A DNA stretch of 64,000 nt from a virus (IMGVR_UViG_3300010346_001007:55435-119434); one strand, 5' to 3'. Positions 19,703-29,001 are shown, numbered from the stretch's first letter. Program-made: numbers and translations. The notes: generated by a model not told the origin, from the letters alone.

Positions 19703-20101
19703 GAGGATTTAGGAAAGCCGAAAAATGTATCTGCTAGAACTCCCGAATTTTACATCGATTTGGGTGGTGAATCTTCTGTATATGACGGGGGCATTATCGA
19801 TCTTGGAGAGGGAGTAGATACAATTGCACCGCAGGATTTTGTAATAAGGAGTACGGACTTTCCGATGACAATTATAAAAATAGAATTTGTCGGTGAAAAT
19901 TCCGAAGATTTTGACTTGGCTCTTCCAAATGGACAGGATCCATCAGATATGGAATATGAAATGACTGCCGAAGGATATACGATTACAATTGGTGCTTCAC
20001 TTAATGAAGGCCCGGAAGGAAAAACTACTACTTTAATAATTACTCCAGCGGTAGGAGAACCTTTTTCTGTAACAATAACTGCAACTTTTCAACAAGAATA
20101 A
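19622..20101 (+). CDS. Ig-like extension, probably translated by +1 frameshift from the PKD gene
   Basis: CCC-TGA at 19621-19626; the +1 frame continues PDAEENGNG... into a beta-rich Ig-like domain; no convincing own start. Confidence 0.65.
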   Translation, partial: PDAEENGNGEENGNGEENGNGEEIGNGEDLGKPKNVSARTPEFYIDLGGESSVYDGGIIDLGEGVDTIAPQDFVIRSTDFPMTIIKIEFVGENSEDFDLALPNGQDPSDMEYEMTAEGYTITIGASLNEGPEGKTTTLIITPAVGEPFSVTITATFQQE

Positions 20102-20104
20102 TAT

Positions 20105-21607
20105 ATGACTGATACAAAAGTAATTATAAACTGGACTTATGATGGTAATTCACATGATGGGTTTAAGCTACTCCGTTCAACCGATGGCGGTAGTACTTGG
20201 CCTGTTACTATTGATATTTCGGAACCTACCGATAGAACATATGAAGATAATGATATATTGTTAGGAGAAACTTATCATTATAAATTAGCCGCTTATAAAG
20301 GTGAAACTACTGGGAATTATAGTGATCCTGTCCAAGTAACTATTACAATTAATGTAAATACTCTTACATTTACTGTAACCGCACAACCAGATACTAAAGA
20401 ATTTGACGGCAATACGGATTCTTCTAAATCGCCAATTGTAGTAGGGAAATTTTATAAAGGAGATTCGGGTACTTTTTCTCAACATTTTGATAGTCCAAAA
20501 ATTAGTGAATATGCTAATATAACTCCAACCAGTTCAATAAACAATATATCTGAAAAAGAATATGATTGTGAATTTATAGATGCTGAGGGTGAAATTACTT
20601 GGGATAGAGGAAATAGTACAGATATTATTGTTGTGCCAACTGATTTAAATATGTTACTGGGCGAAGGAGATCCTGAAGTTGGGATTGGAAATGAATTTCG
20701 AATGACTTATGGAACTAAATTTGTTGCCTTTAGTACTGCAACTGTTGAGGAATCTGAAGTTACATATATGTTAACTTCTTCCAATGCAATAGATTGGGGA
20801 ATTGGATATGAATTGGATAAGGAAATTTATCCCCAACAAGTTTTATTTACTGGACCTCATGGATTTATTATGACCTATGGATACGACGAAAATGGTATTT
20901 TTATATATTATCTTATAGGAGAAAATGGGAATGACTCCGACTTTGACACTATTGATTATGATGGTAATGTATCTGATCTTATTTATACAAGTGATGGATG
21001 GGTAGGATGTGGCACAAACAAATCAATAATAAATGTTAATAATAATTTCGTATCGGCGGTTTATCAAGTAAATAATGATGCAGGAAACAATGACCGATTA
21101 AATGGCGTTGTGTATGTTGGAGGAAAATATTATGTGGCATCCGAAGATAATGACGTAAATATAATAGATCCTTTTCATTCACAAGGAATTTATGTTTCAA
21201 CGGATTTACAATCATGGAGTACAATAACCGTTGATGGTGTTAATCCCGGAGAATTTCCGGCTCTTAGAGGAATCGCATATGGAGATGGTAAAATAGTAGC
21301 TGTGGGGCAAGCGGGAACTGTTATTACCTCGTCAAATGGAACAGACTGGAAAATGCTTTCGCTTCCAGATTTAATTTCAATGCCCGATAATGAGAATTTC
21401 AAACTTCCATTAGAATCCATATCTTGGAATTCGGAGAATTCGTATTTTATAATAACTAATGGATATGGATATGTTTATAAGACTTCCGATTTAGAATCAT
21501 TTGAACTTATTGGAACATACGATGGAATGTTTCAAAATTTTGAACAATCCAATTATTTTTCTAATATAGATAAAACGGTAATTTATGGCGCTCCCGGCGG
21601 GAGTTGA
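20105..21607 (+). CDS. Virion surface/tail-associated protein: FN3 + YDG/MBG-like + BNR-type beta-propeller
   Basis: W....GF.L.RS.DGG..W...Y.D.....Y.YKL.A (FN3); K.FDG.T; repeated S.D/N...W and IAYGDG..VAVG..G. Confidence 0.75.
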   Translation: MTDTKVIINWTYDGNSHDGFKLLRSTDGGSTWPVTIDISEPTDRTYEDNDILLGETYHYKLAAYKGETTGNYSDPVQVTITINVNTLTFTVTAQPDTKEFDGNTDSSKSPIVVGKFYKGDSGTFSQHFDSPKISEYANITPTSSINNISEKEYDCEFIDAEGEITWDRGNSTDIIVVPTDLNMLLGEGDPEVGIGNEFRMTYGTKFVAFSTATVEESEVTYMLTSSNAIDWGIGYELDKEIYPQQVLFTGPHGFIMTYGYDENGIFIYYLIGENGNDSDFDTIDYDGNVSDLIYTSDGWVGCGTNKSIINVNNNFVSAVYQVNNDAGNNDRLNGVVYVGGKYYVASEDNDVNIIDPFHSQGIYVSTDLQSWSTITVDGVNPGEFPALRGIAYGDGKIVAVGQAGTVITSSNGTDWKMLSLPDLISMPDNENFKLPLESISWNSENSYFIITNGYGYVYKTSDLESFELIGTYDGMFQNFEQSNYFSNIDKTVIYGAPGGS

Positions 21608-21662
21608 ACCCACAACCTGCGGATTAGAAGTCCGCCGCTCTATCCAATTGAGCTACGGGAGC
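21586..21662 (-). tRNA. trnR: tRNA-Arg (anticodon UCU), CCA encoded
   Basis: gctcccgtagctcaattggatagagcggcggacttctaatccgcaggttgtgggttcaactcccgccgggagcgcca folds as a cloverleaf. Confidence 0.95.
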
Positions 21663-21668
21663 TATTAA

Positions 21669-21860
21669 TTATTTAGCGGATTGGTCTGGATTGCCTATTT
21701 CATCCAAAAGGAATTCTTTTTCCGCTTCCCACCAGTCCCGCAATTCTTGCCGGACTGGTGTTTTCAATTTAGCGTGTTGAATTCCAATCGCCATAATCTC
21801 CATTAGAGAATCAAAGTGTTCGGCTGGAAAATGAATAGTAATATCAGGTTTATTGCTCAT
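21669..21860 (-). CDS. Hypothetical protein
   Basis: 63-aa ORF upstream of the tRNA. Confidence 0.55.
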   Translation of the reverse strand: MSNKPDITIHFPAEHFDSLMEIMAIGIQHAKLKTPVRQELRDWWEAEKEFLLDEIGNPDQSAK

Positions 21861-21999
21861 TTTTATTTTTTTCTTTTGACTCTTTACGAGTTACAATAAG
21901 TTTAAATATCAGGTTATTCATTTCAGATAATGATTTATTTAATTCTGATAATGCATCATTATAATTTTTTATTGATTTTGTTAAGTGGTCTTTCTTCAT
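21850..21999 (-). CDS. Small hypothetical protein (49 aa, MKKDHLTKS...)
   Basis: Translated by hand; overlaps both neighbours in operon fashion. Confidence 0.45.
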   Translation of the reverse strand: MKKDHLTKSIKNYNDALSELNKSLSEMNNLIFKLIVTRKESKEKNKNEQ

Positions 22000-22688
22000 A
22001 TAAATGAAATGTAAGATTTTGAAAGTTTCTTGGGATACATTTGTACTGCATATCCCGACATTTTGAGATAATCATAAATTCTTTTGCAAGTCCATCCGGA
22101 CCCACACCGCCGCTTAATGGCAGATTGTATTTGTTTTATAGTGGGGTATGTCTTTCGTTTATGACAATTACTTATATATGTATCAATTCTTTGGGCCACC
22201 GGATCTTTTTGTTTGCAACATCCATCATCACTTAACATGGAAAAATGGGGAACAATATTTGCATCGGTTTTAACCGTACACTTATCTCCAGTGTGAGTGT
22301 AGGAAACACACTCGGTATGGGGTTGTTCGGGTGCATCCGCTGGTTCGGGTTGGTCAACGAGTTCGGGTTGAATAGCGGGGTCACGACAAAAATCTCGGCT
22401 GACAAAATATTCATTGAACATTCCATTAAATTTACGACTTAATGGGCAGGGACAAAGAAATAGCTGGGCATCCCACATTTCATTAAAGAGCGTTCGTACT
22501 TTATCATGTGAAATATCATATTTAAAGGGCGCACCAGTAACCATTGCATCGGGAATATCCCATTCTCCACTGGCCGTTTTTTCTCGGATTGTCCGAGTAA
22601 TATCGTGGACACTAAAAGTTTTATCGTTTTCAGCAAATTCTTTAATTTGAATTAGAATTGCACTTTGAAGGGTAATTACTTTACACAT
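21996..22688 (-). CDS. Hypothetical protein, possibly with two winged-helix-like domains
   Basis: FSVHDITRTIR and PTIKQIQSAIKR segments; promoter at 22730-22757. Confidence 0.55.
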   Translation of the reverse strand: MCKVITLQSAILIQIKEFAENDKTFSVHDITRTIREKTASGEWDIPDAMVTGAPFKYDISHDKVRTLFNEMWDAQLFLCPCPLSRKFNGMFNEYFVSRDFCRDPAIQPELVDQPEPADAPEQPHTECVSYTHTGDKCTVKTDANIVPHFSMLSDDGCCKQKDPVAQRIDTYISNCHKRKTYPTIKQIQSAIKRRCGSGWTCKRIYDYLKMSGYAVQMYPKKLSKSYISFI

Positions 22689-22858
22689 ATATTTTATTTT
22701 TATTGTTGGTATTTCTATGTTATGTCGACATTATACACATTCTGCGGAGAAAGTCAATCCTTAACATTTTTTTGACAATACTCACACGTAAATCCATTTC
22801 TCGAATGCCACCATTTATGTTAACAATTTGTATTTTGCACTTTCTATTTTTTATATTT

Positions 22859-23398
22859 TTAATTTCTTCCTTCGGCACCACAAATTTGACAAGTATATTT
22901 CATTTTGGTAATATATTCAGTTAGCTTTACATTAGTGTCTATACCTTTATCCCATTGATGAATACATTGGTTTTGGAGTTTTTGTATTTTTCTTTGTATT
23001 TCCTTTACTTTCTTTTCTAAGGGATGAATCATATCTTGAATTTTTTTATTTATTTTAAAAATTTCCATATCTAATGTTTCAATGGAAGTTTTAATTTCGT
23101 CGGGGTTAAATTTAATTTTTTTAAGTTTAATTGTGCCATCATTATAAAAATATGTTATATTACTAGACCAACCAATATCACGAATAGTGTTATGTTTAAT
23201 TTCGGCCCACACCCGACCCTTTTCCGAATCAAATCCGATATAAGTAATTCGCCCAATGACTTCTTTTTTATAATTTCTATCATACCATGAAACAACATCT
23301 CCAATTTTAAATGGAAAATTGTTTATTGCGTCTTCTTCAATTTTTTTTAATTCAGCTTTTAATTTTTTATAATTAGGAACTTCGTATTTTTTATTCAT
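22859..23398 (-). CDS. Hypothetical protein with SH3-like region, coiled coil and C-terminal zinc knuckle
   Basis: FKIGDVV.W; C.H.W...C.ICG. Confidence 0.55.
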   Translation of the reverse strand: MNKKYEVPNYKKLKAELKKIEEDAINNFPFKIGDVVSWYDRNYKKEVIGRITYIGFDSEKGRVWAEIKHNTIRDIGWSSNITYFYNDGTIKLKKIKFNPDEIKTSIETLDMEIFKINKKIQDMIHPLEKKVKEIQRKIQKLQNQCIHQWDKGIDTNVKLTEYITKMKYTCQICGAEGRN

Positions 23399-23399
23399 A

Positions 23400-24659
23400 T
23401 TATTTACATTCAATTAAGTGAGTTATTTTAACCTGGCTATTTCGATAAACAACCAATTCATCGTGATATAAACTATATCCCTTTTTGGCCCAAATAGAAT
23501 CATATCCCGAATGGTTTTTTGTGCCAGAATGTACAGTTTTAATTTTTCCCATTGCAAATTTACAGATAAACAACCAACCCGATTCTCCTACACCACCCTG
23601 TCCCCATCGGCCAAAAGTATAACCTAAAGATTTAGAAGAATTGATGGCCCCATAAATACCATTGCCAAACATGCTCCCGGCAATAGAAGCGGTACTCGGA
23701 GGACGTATTTTCAATCCCGACTTCAATATACTTAAACAATTAGCCTGAGAAGTACCATGAAATACTTCAACGATGGGAGTTAAAGTTGATTCAAAGGCGG
23801 CGGTCATTTCATGGATATTTACTTGATAAATTTCCCGGATTTTAACCTTATCATATCCATGCATTTTCCTTTTACTGGATGTAAAGAATTTTTCAAGCCG
23901 CCTTCTTTCTGAATCATCGGTCAAAATATCCAAATCTACCTTAAAGATTTTTTCTTGGGGTGAATTTGATTTATTTGAAGAATCTGATTTTGTAAGGGCC
24001 ATATAAGACGATTCTAGTGCATCCAACAAATCATTTTGTTTTTGCAGAGATAATTCTCCTGGAATAAGCGTTTCACAATCGAATTTTCTCATTCCTATAT
24101 TTTGAGGAATAAGTCGCAAATATTGATTTAACAAATCATCCGCTTCTTTGTTATAGTTTTGGGCTCGAACATGAACAGAAAGCTTGGCTAATAGATTTCG
24201 AGCTTCTTCGATACCTTCCATCGTTACAATGCCCATGGGAGTCGAAAATAATCCTGTTTTCGAACTGTATGTAATTTGCGTGTCCTGAGTAATACGATGG
24301 ATATTAGATTTTACAAGCTGATCAATCAATCGTTCTAATTTGGGGGATGATGATTTAACGAGTTGAGTTCGAGCAATAGAATGTAAATCTTTATTTTTAA
24401 CCGACGTTCCTGCGGAGACTTCTTTATTACCGTTTCCAATGGTTTTTAAATAGGTATATCCTTTTTTTAATTTTTCTTGAATTTTTTTATCGAAATATTT
24501 TTCACCCCGATTCCATTGGCCCGAATCTCCCTTATATCCCACCCGCCCCCAGGTGGCTTTAACGGTTCCATCATCGAACAATTGGCCCGTCCACCACTTG
24601 TTTGAATTAACTTTGGCTTCGGCTTTAATTAATTTGACTTCACGAATTAGCGTTGACAT
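23400..24659 (-). CDS. WGR-domain poly(ADP-ribose) polymerase-like protein
   Basis: SNKWW...TWGRVG (WGR); PARP-regulatory-like YLRLIPQ; catalytic FHGT, GSMFGNGIYGA..SSKS.GY and DELVVY...Q..ITHLIE (H-Y-E triad). Confidence 0.9.
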   Translation of the reverse strand: MSTLIREVKLIKAEAKVNSNKWWTGQLFDDGTVKATWGRVGYKGDSGQWNRGEKYFDKKIQEKLKKGYTYLKTIGNGNKEVSAGTSVKNKDLHSIARTQLVKSSSPKLERLIDQLVKSNIHRITQDTQITYSSKTGLFSTPMGIVTMEGIEEARNLLAKLSVHVRAQNYNKEADDLLNQYLRLIPQNIGMRKFDCETLIPGELSLQKQNDLLDALESSYMALTKSDSSNKSNSPQEKIFKVDLDILTDDSERRRLEKFFTSSKRKMHGYDKVKIREIYQVNIHEMTAAFESTLTPIVEVFHGTSQANCLSILKSGLKIRPPSTASIAGSMFGNGIYGAINSSKSLGYTFGRWGQGGVGESGWLFICKFAMGKIKTVHSGTKNHSGYDSIWAKKGYSLYHDELVVYRNSQVKITHLIECK

Positions 24660-24711
24660 AACTTTGAGAAAATTCAAGGTTTTTGAATTGTCTAATTCTC
24701 ATATTTCCCTC

Positions 24712-24740
24712 ATTATACTGATTTTTTCGGGACAAGTCAA
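24712..24740 (-). promoter_or_regulatory. Sigma70-like promoter TTGACT-N17-TATAAT for the PARP operon
   Basis: attata at 24712 and agtcaa at 24735 on the plus strand. Confidence 0.7.
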
Positions 24741-25042
24741 CAACTTTTTTAGAATTCAAAGAGAATCTGAAATGGAACGTACTTGGCTATTTTTTGGTTT
24801 TAACCGAAGTAAAAATAGCTGCATTGTAAGATTTCTTTTTGAACGGGGAGAATCGTTTAAATAATAATGAAAAAATCGTCCTTTACCAACTTGTTGTCCA
24901 ACTGGGTCCAATTAAAGATATGGGTGAGATTGGTCTGTATAATATTTTTGCAGATAATAATAACAGTTTTTATTAGGTCGTATAGGTATTCCATGCTTTC
25001 GGCAAGGTCGCATTAAAGTTTTTGTGCGTTTAATCTTAAAGG

Positions 25043-25264
25043 GGGCAGATGGTTCCAATTACTTATATTATATATAATATTCGAAGAGATTTAAGGATTA
25101 ATTTTTTATCGTTAAACTTTGAATATTTGAGATTTTAGTTTTGATCCCGCAGGTTCGGGGTAATCTTTCTCTTTCTCTTTGGGAGTATCATCGTAAGACG
25201 ATAAATGCATATCATTAGATACAGAAAATATTATATAAAATATGTTCATCTTTCCCATCTGCCC
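25043..25264 (-). ncRNA. Candidate structured ncRNA downstream of the DIP1984-like gene
   Basis: Perfect 10-bp terminal inverted repeat gggcagatgg/ccatctgccc, internal hairpins, ~7-nt periodic YAA tract, no ORF. Confidence 0.5.
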
Positions 25265-25272
25265 AAAATATA

Positions 25273-25719
25273 TTAATCTTCTATAGTTGTACTGGCATTA
25301 TATATATCAATCGCATCTTGCAAACTATTAATATCCTGCTGTAATTCTAACATGAGTCGATCAGCCTCTTTTTGGTTAATAAAGCTATCCCACGTATAGG
25401 TTCGAGCGGGACTAGAAGTACCTGTATATACTACTTCTTCTCCTTCTTTTTTCGTTAATGAATTTATATATGCAATGCGAGACTTATATTCAGCCATTCG
25501 TTCAATCTTGGAATAAATTCCAATGTTTGCTTTAGCTATTTTCCCTTTAAGTTCGCCCAATTGACGGGATGTTTCGAGAATGCTTTCCCATATTCGCATA
25601 CGGTCAATTTCTGAAACCGAATCCGATCTTCGGGCATTTTCTCGTTGGAAAATACTTTGTAATCTGACCAGTTCACCGGCTAACCTATTTTTTTGTTTTA
25701 ATGCTTGTGCAAGTGTCAT
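25273..25719 (-). CDS. DIP1984/septicolysin-like coiled-coil protein
   Basis: MTLAQAL..KN.L...N......LK.KIAKAN...LQDAID.YNA.T.I pattern. Confidence 0.7.
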   Translation of the reverse strand: MTLAQALKQKNRLAGELVRLQSIFQRENARRSDSVSEIDRMRIWESILETSRQLGELKGKIAKANIGIYSKIERMAEYKSRIAYINSLTKKEGEEVVYTGTSSPARTYTWDSFINQKEADRLMLELQQDINSLQDAIDIYNASTTIED

Positions 25720-25818
25720 AATATTATTCTAGTTTAGAACTAATCTAACATATTTGACAAAAAATGTCAAGTCCTTTTGTATTTTCTCGGATATATTCAT
25801 ATTTATTTTATAGGAAAT

Positions 25819-26865
25819 ATGTCTAAAAAGAAACCGAGAATTATATTCATTTGTAAGCGAAGACCGGCCCAATATGGAGCATCTTATGGTCTTTTGAATT
25901 CCTGTCGTTTTTTGTGCAATGCCCTTATAAATATGGGTGCCGAAGCGAAAACGGTGGAAGTAATTGATAACAATTTTATTGACCGAGAAGTTCATTTATA
26001 TAAACCAACTCATGTATTCATTGAAGCATTGTGGGTTGTGCCAGAAAAATTTGAAGTGCTTATTCCATTACATTCCAAGGTGCAGTGGCATGTAAGATTA
26101 CATAGTAATACGCCGTTTATATCTAATGAAGGAATTGCTATTCCGTGGATTAAGAAATACATAGAATTAAGTAAAAAATATCCACAATTTCATGTATCTC
26201 CAAATTCATTCCGATTGGTTAATGATTTATGGCAATCATTACATTATAAATCAATATATTCGCCCAACATTTATCAACCCCATGTAACACCGTGGGAAGA
26301 TAAAGAAATTGAAGTTCCTTGTCAAAAGAAAAAGGAAACAAATGTTATAAATATTGGTTGTTTTGGAGCTATCAGGCCAATGAAAAATCTACTAATTCAA
26401 GCAATGGCTGCAATTGCATTTTCTGAGGAATTGGGTAAAACATTACATTTTCATGTTAATCAATCTCGGCAAGAAATGAGTGGGGAAAATACTTATAAAA
26501 ATTTGGTTTCTCTATTTGAAAATTCCAAACATAAACTGGTTAATCATGCATGGCTTTTGCATTCCGATTTTATACAAGTTATTAAACAAATGGATTTAGG
26601 AATGCAAGTAACATTTTCGGAAACATTTAATATAGTTTCCGCAGATTTTGCTACTTCTATGGTGCCAATTGTTGGTACATCTGAGATTGAATGGATGAAT
26701 TGGCTATATAAAGCTAAACCTACTGATTTAGATAATATTGTATCTCATTTATGGCTGGCATGGTTAGGTAGAAATTGGGGATTACATTATTTTAATTTAA
26801 CAGGATTAAAAAAATGGAATAAAAATGCTCGTCAAGTTTGGAAAAATTATCTAAAACTTATGTAA
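25819..26865 (+). CDS. GT-B (GT4-like) glycosyltransferase
   Basis: IGCFGAIRPMKN, MDLGMQVTFSETFNIV.AD...VP; TATTTAT at 25800. Confidence 0.75.
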   Translation: MSKKKPRIIFICKRRPAQYGASYGLLNSCRFLCNALINMGAEAKTVEVIDNNFIDREVHLYKPTHVFIEALWVVPEKFEVLIPLHSKVQWHVRLHSNTPFISNEGIAIPWIKKYIELSKKYPQFHVSPNSFRLVNDLWQSLHYKSIYSPNIYQPHVTPWEDKEIEVPCQKKKETNVINIGCFGAIRPMKNLLIQAMAAIAFSEELGKTLHFHVNQSRQEMSGENTYKNLVSLFENSKHKLVNHAWLLHSDFIQVIKQMDLGMQVTFSETFNIVSADFATSMVPIVGTSEIEWMNWLYKAKPTDLDNIVSHLWLAWLGRNWGLHYFNLTGLKKWNKNARQVWKNYLKLM

Positions 26866-27015
26866 TTTACTACATTCCGGAATTGTACCTTGACAAGGTT
26901 GGCAATCTTCCATTTTCTTATGTATCCAACACTTACATACTCGACATCGCTTATGTCCACGCACATAACTTAATGATGGACGAAAACGTAACCATTGTCT
27001 TTCTATTCTAGTCAT
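26851..27015 (-). CDS. Small Cys-rich (CxxC...CxxC) protein, 54 aa
   Basis: Translated by hand: MTRIERQWL...KRCRVCKCW...DCQPCQG. Confidence 0.5.
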   Translation of the reverse strand: MTRIERQWLRFRPSLSYVRGHKRCRVCKCWIHKKMEDCQPCQGTIPECSKLHKF

Positions 27016-27032
27016 AATTAAATATAATATTT

Positions 27033-27854
27033 TTACCAGACTTCATCTATATCTGTTTTATGATCTAATTCTTTATCGGGCAAAATTAATGTAGATAATT
27101 TAGATTGTAATTTCCCGCCTTCAATTCTTTCTTTGGCCATGTCAAAGTAAGTTTTACTTTTTTCTACGCCAATAAATCCCCGGCCCAATCGAACTGCTAC
27201 GTCTCCGGTTGTTCCCGAACCCATGAAGGGGTCACAAATTATATCATTTTTATATGAAAATAATTTGATACATCTTAATGGTAATTCAGGAGGAAACGCC
27301 GCAGGATGTTTACTTCGGGTTTCGGGATTCATTTCCCATAGATTTTTAACAAATCGCATGAAATCACGGCCATTGATGGTAGATTCCCCCCTTTCTTTTC
27401 TTCGCCAATTCCCTTTATAAAATACTAAAATACATTCGTTGGGGTCAATGACAAAAGGTGCCCGAGCAGACCGCCAACTCCCCCAACAAGTTTTGTTACT
27501 TCCCAATTTTTTCCAAATAATTGTACGATAATACTTAAATCCTTCTTGCTGAACAATACGTGTATAATCCGCAGAAATGGGATAATTTATATCATCTGCA
27601 CCTTTCTTTTTATTTAAATGGATGGGGGTAACGGAAAAAGGAATATTAATACAAAATCTTCCTTCTTCGGTCATATGATTATATAGTTTTTTAATCCATT
27701 TTCGGCTCCACTCTAGGTATTCTAAATAGGGCATTGTATCATCATGTTTATCATATTCAACGCCAACATTATATGGGGGAGAGGTAATTACCAAATTAAT
27801 TGGAACATCGGTTAAATCAGCATGTAATATATCATCATTGATAAGTTTAAGCAT
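27033..27854 (-). CDS. DNA methyltransferase, N4C/N6A beta class
   Basis: TSPPYN, HPAAFP and DPFMGSGTT. Confidence 0.92.
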   Translation of the reverse strand: MLKLINDDILHADLTDVPINLVITSPPYNVGVEYDKHDDTMPYLEYLEWSRKWIKKLYNHMTEEGRFCINIPFSVTPIHLNKKKGADDINYPISADYTRIVQQEGFKYYRTIIWKKLGSNKTCWGSWRSARAPFVIDPNECILVFYKGNWRRKERGESTINGRDFMRFVKNLWEMNPETRSKHPAAFPPELPLRCIKLFSYKNDIICDPFMGSGTTGDVAVRLGRGFIGVEKSKTYFDMAKERIEGGKLQSKLSTLILPDKELDHKTDIDEVW

Positions 27855-27860
27855 AAAATA

Positions 27861-28733
27861 TTATATAGCCTCCGGAAATTTTTTAAGCAATAAATTTCCA
27901 TTCCTTACATATTCAGGATTAATGTCAGATGAATAAAAAGGGACTCCTATCCACTGGCAACAGAGACACTCACTCCCACTCCCAGCAAAGGGGATATATA
28001 CACTACCCAAAAATCGGTCATCTGATTTCATTAAGCATGATTTAAGTAATTTCATTGTTAATTTTTGAGGTTTTTGGGTAGGATGTTCTATAATTTCATG
28101 GTCAGAATGATTTCGTTTATTTCCTATAAATATATCATTACAAGTATGACAAAAGAAAATCCGTTCTCCTGCCCCAGCGCCTCCGGCGAGAGCAGGAACT
28201 TTGATTACATCTCTCCCTTTAGCTCCCAATTCGTTTGCTGTATAAATGGTATCAGTATTATTTTTAGACAATCTTCCCTTTGTGCCTTTACGAATTTTTC
28301 CTGCCGAATTTTTCAAGAAAGTTTCGGTATAAGGTTCTCTTACTTCATCTTCATTAAAAATTCTCTTTTTAGAATCTTTCCAAAATACAATGATGGATTC
28401 ATGACTGCGCTGCCAAAAATTTGATCCGGCAGTATTTTTATTTGTATAATGCCAAATTAACCATCGGTGGGGAAGGGATAATTTCACCGAAAGATGGGCT
28501 AAAATTTCACTGAATCCATAAATAAATCCAGTTCCAGTTGGTGTTAGAATTCTTTCACATTCTTTAATCCATTCTTCACACCATTTAATATAATCTCCTA
28601 ATTTTTGATTATCAGTTGAAATTCCAAAATCTTTTCCTATATTATATGGAGGGTCTGCAATTATGCATTGCATGGACGTATCGGGCAGAGTTTTGGCATA
28701 TTCTATTATGTCACGTTCTACAATAGTACTCAT
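27861..28733 (-). CDS. DNA adenine methyltransferase, beta class, with CxxC...H..H insert
   Basis: ADPPYN, HPTQKP and PFAGSGS. Confidence 0.9.
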   Translation of the reverse strand: MSTIVERDIIEYAKTLPDTSMQCIIADPPYNIGKDFGISTDNQKLGDYIKWCEEWIKECERILTPTGTGFIYGFSEILAHLSVKLSLPHRWLIWHYTNKNTAGSNFWQRSHESIIVFWKDSKKRIFNEDEVREPYTETFLKNSAGKIRKGTKGRLSKNNTDTIYTANELGAKGRDVIKVPALAGGAGAGERIFFCHTCNDIFIGNKRNHSDHEIIEHPTQKPQKLTMKLLKSCLMKSDDRFLGSVYIPFAGSGSECLCCQWIGVPFYSSDINPEYVRNGNLLLKKFPEAI

Positions 28734-28855
28734 CTCGCATATTATATGGTAGAGTAAGAAAAAGTCAACAAGAAATCGAAAAAAATTTGCATTTTTGGAT
28801 TATATGTAATGGAAAGGCCCGAACCTTCTTTTTTAAGAGAACGCTAAAATTCCTC

Positions 28856-28954
28856 TTGACTCAATTTGGGTTTCATGGTATTATGCGGCTCGTATTTGGA
28901 AGATTTGTTTACACAAAAAATAGGACTTGACAAAGTTTGAAATTGGTGTATAAT
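28856..28954 (+). promoter_or_regulatory. Tandem sigma70-like promoters (28856-28884 and 28927-28954)
   Basis: TTGACT-N17-TATTAT and TTGACA-N16-TATAAT upstream of the ncRNA units and DUF2828 gene. Confidence 0.75.
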
Positions 28955-29001
28955 GGTCTTTGCAAAATGAAAAATGTCATTTTGGTTCATTAAAAATTTT
29001 T

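Noticed and set aside
24765-25013. Gene between PARP and the candidate ncRNA
   Set aside because: Only short broken frames of about 50 aa or less; cannot be supported.
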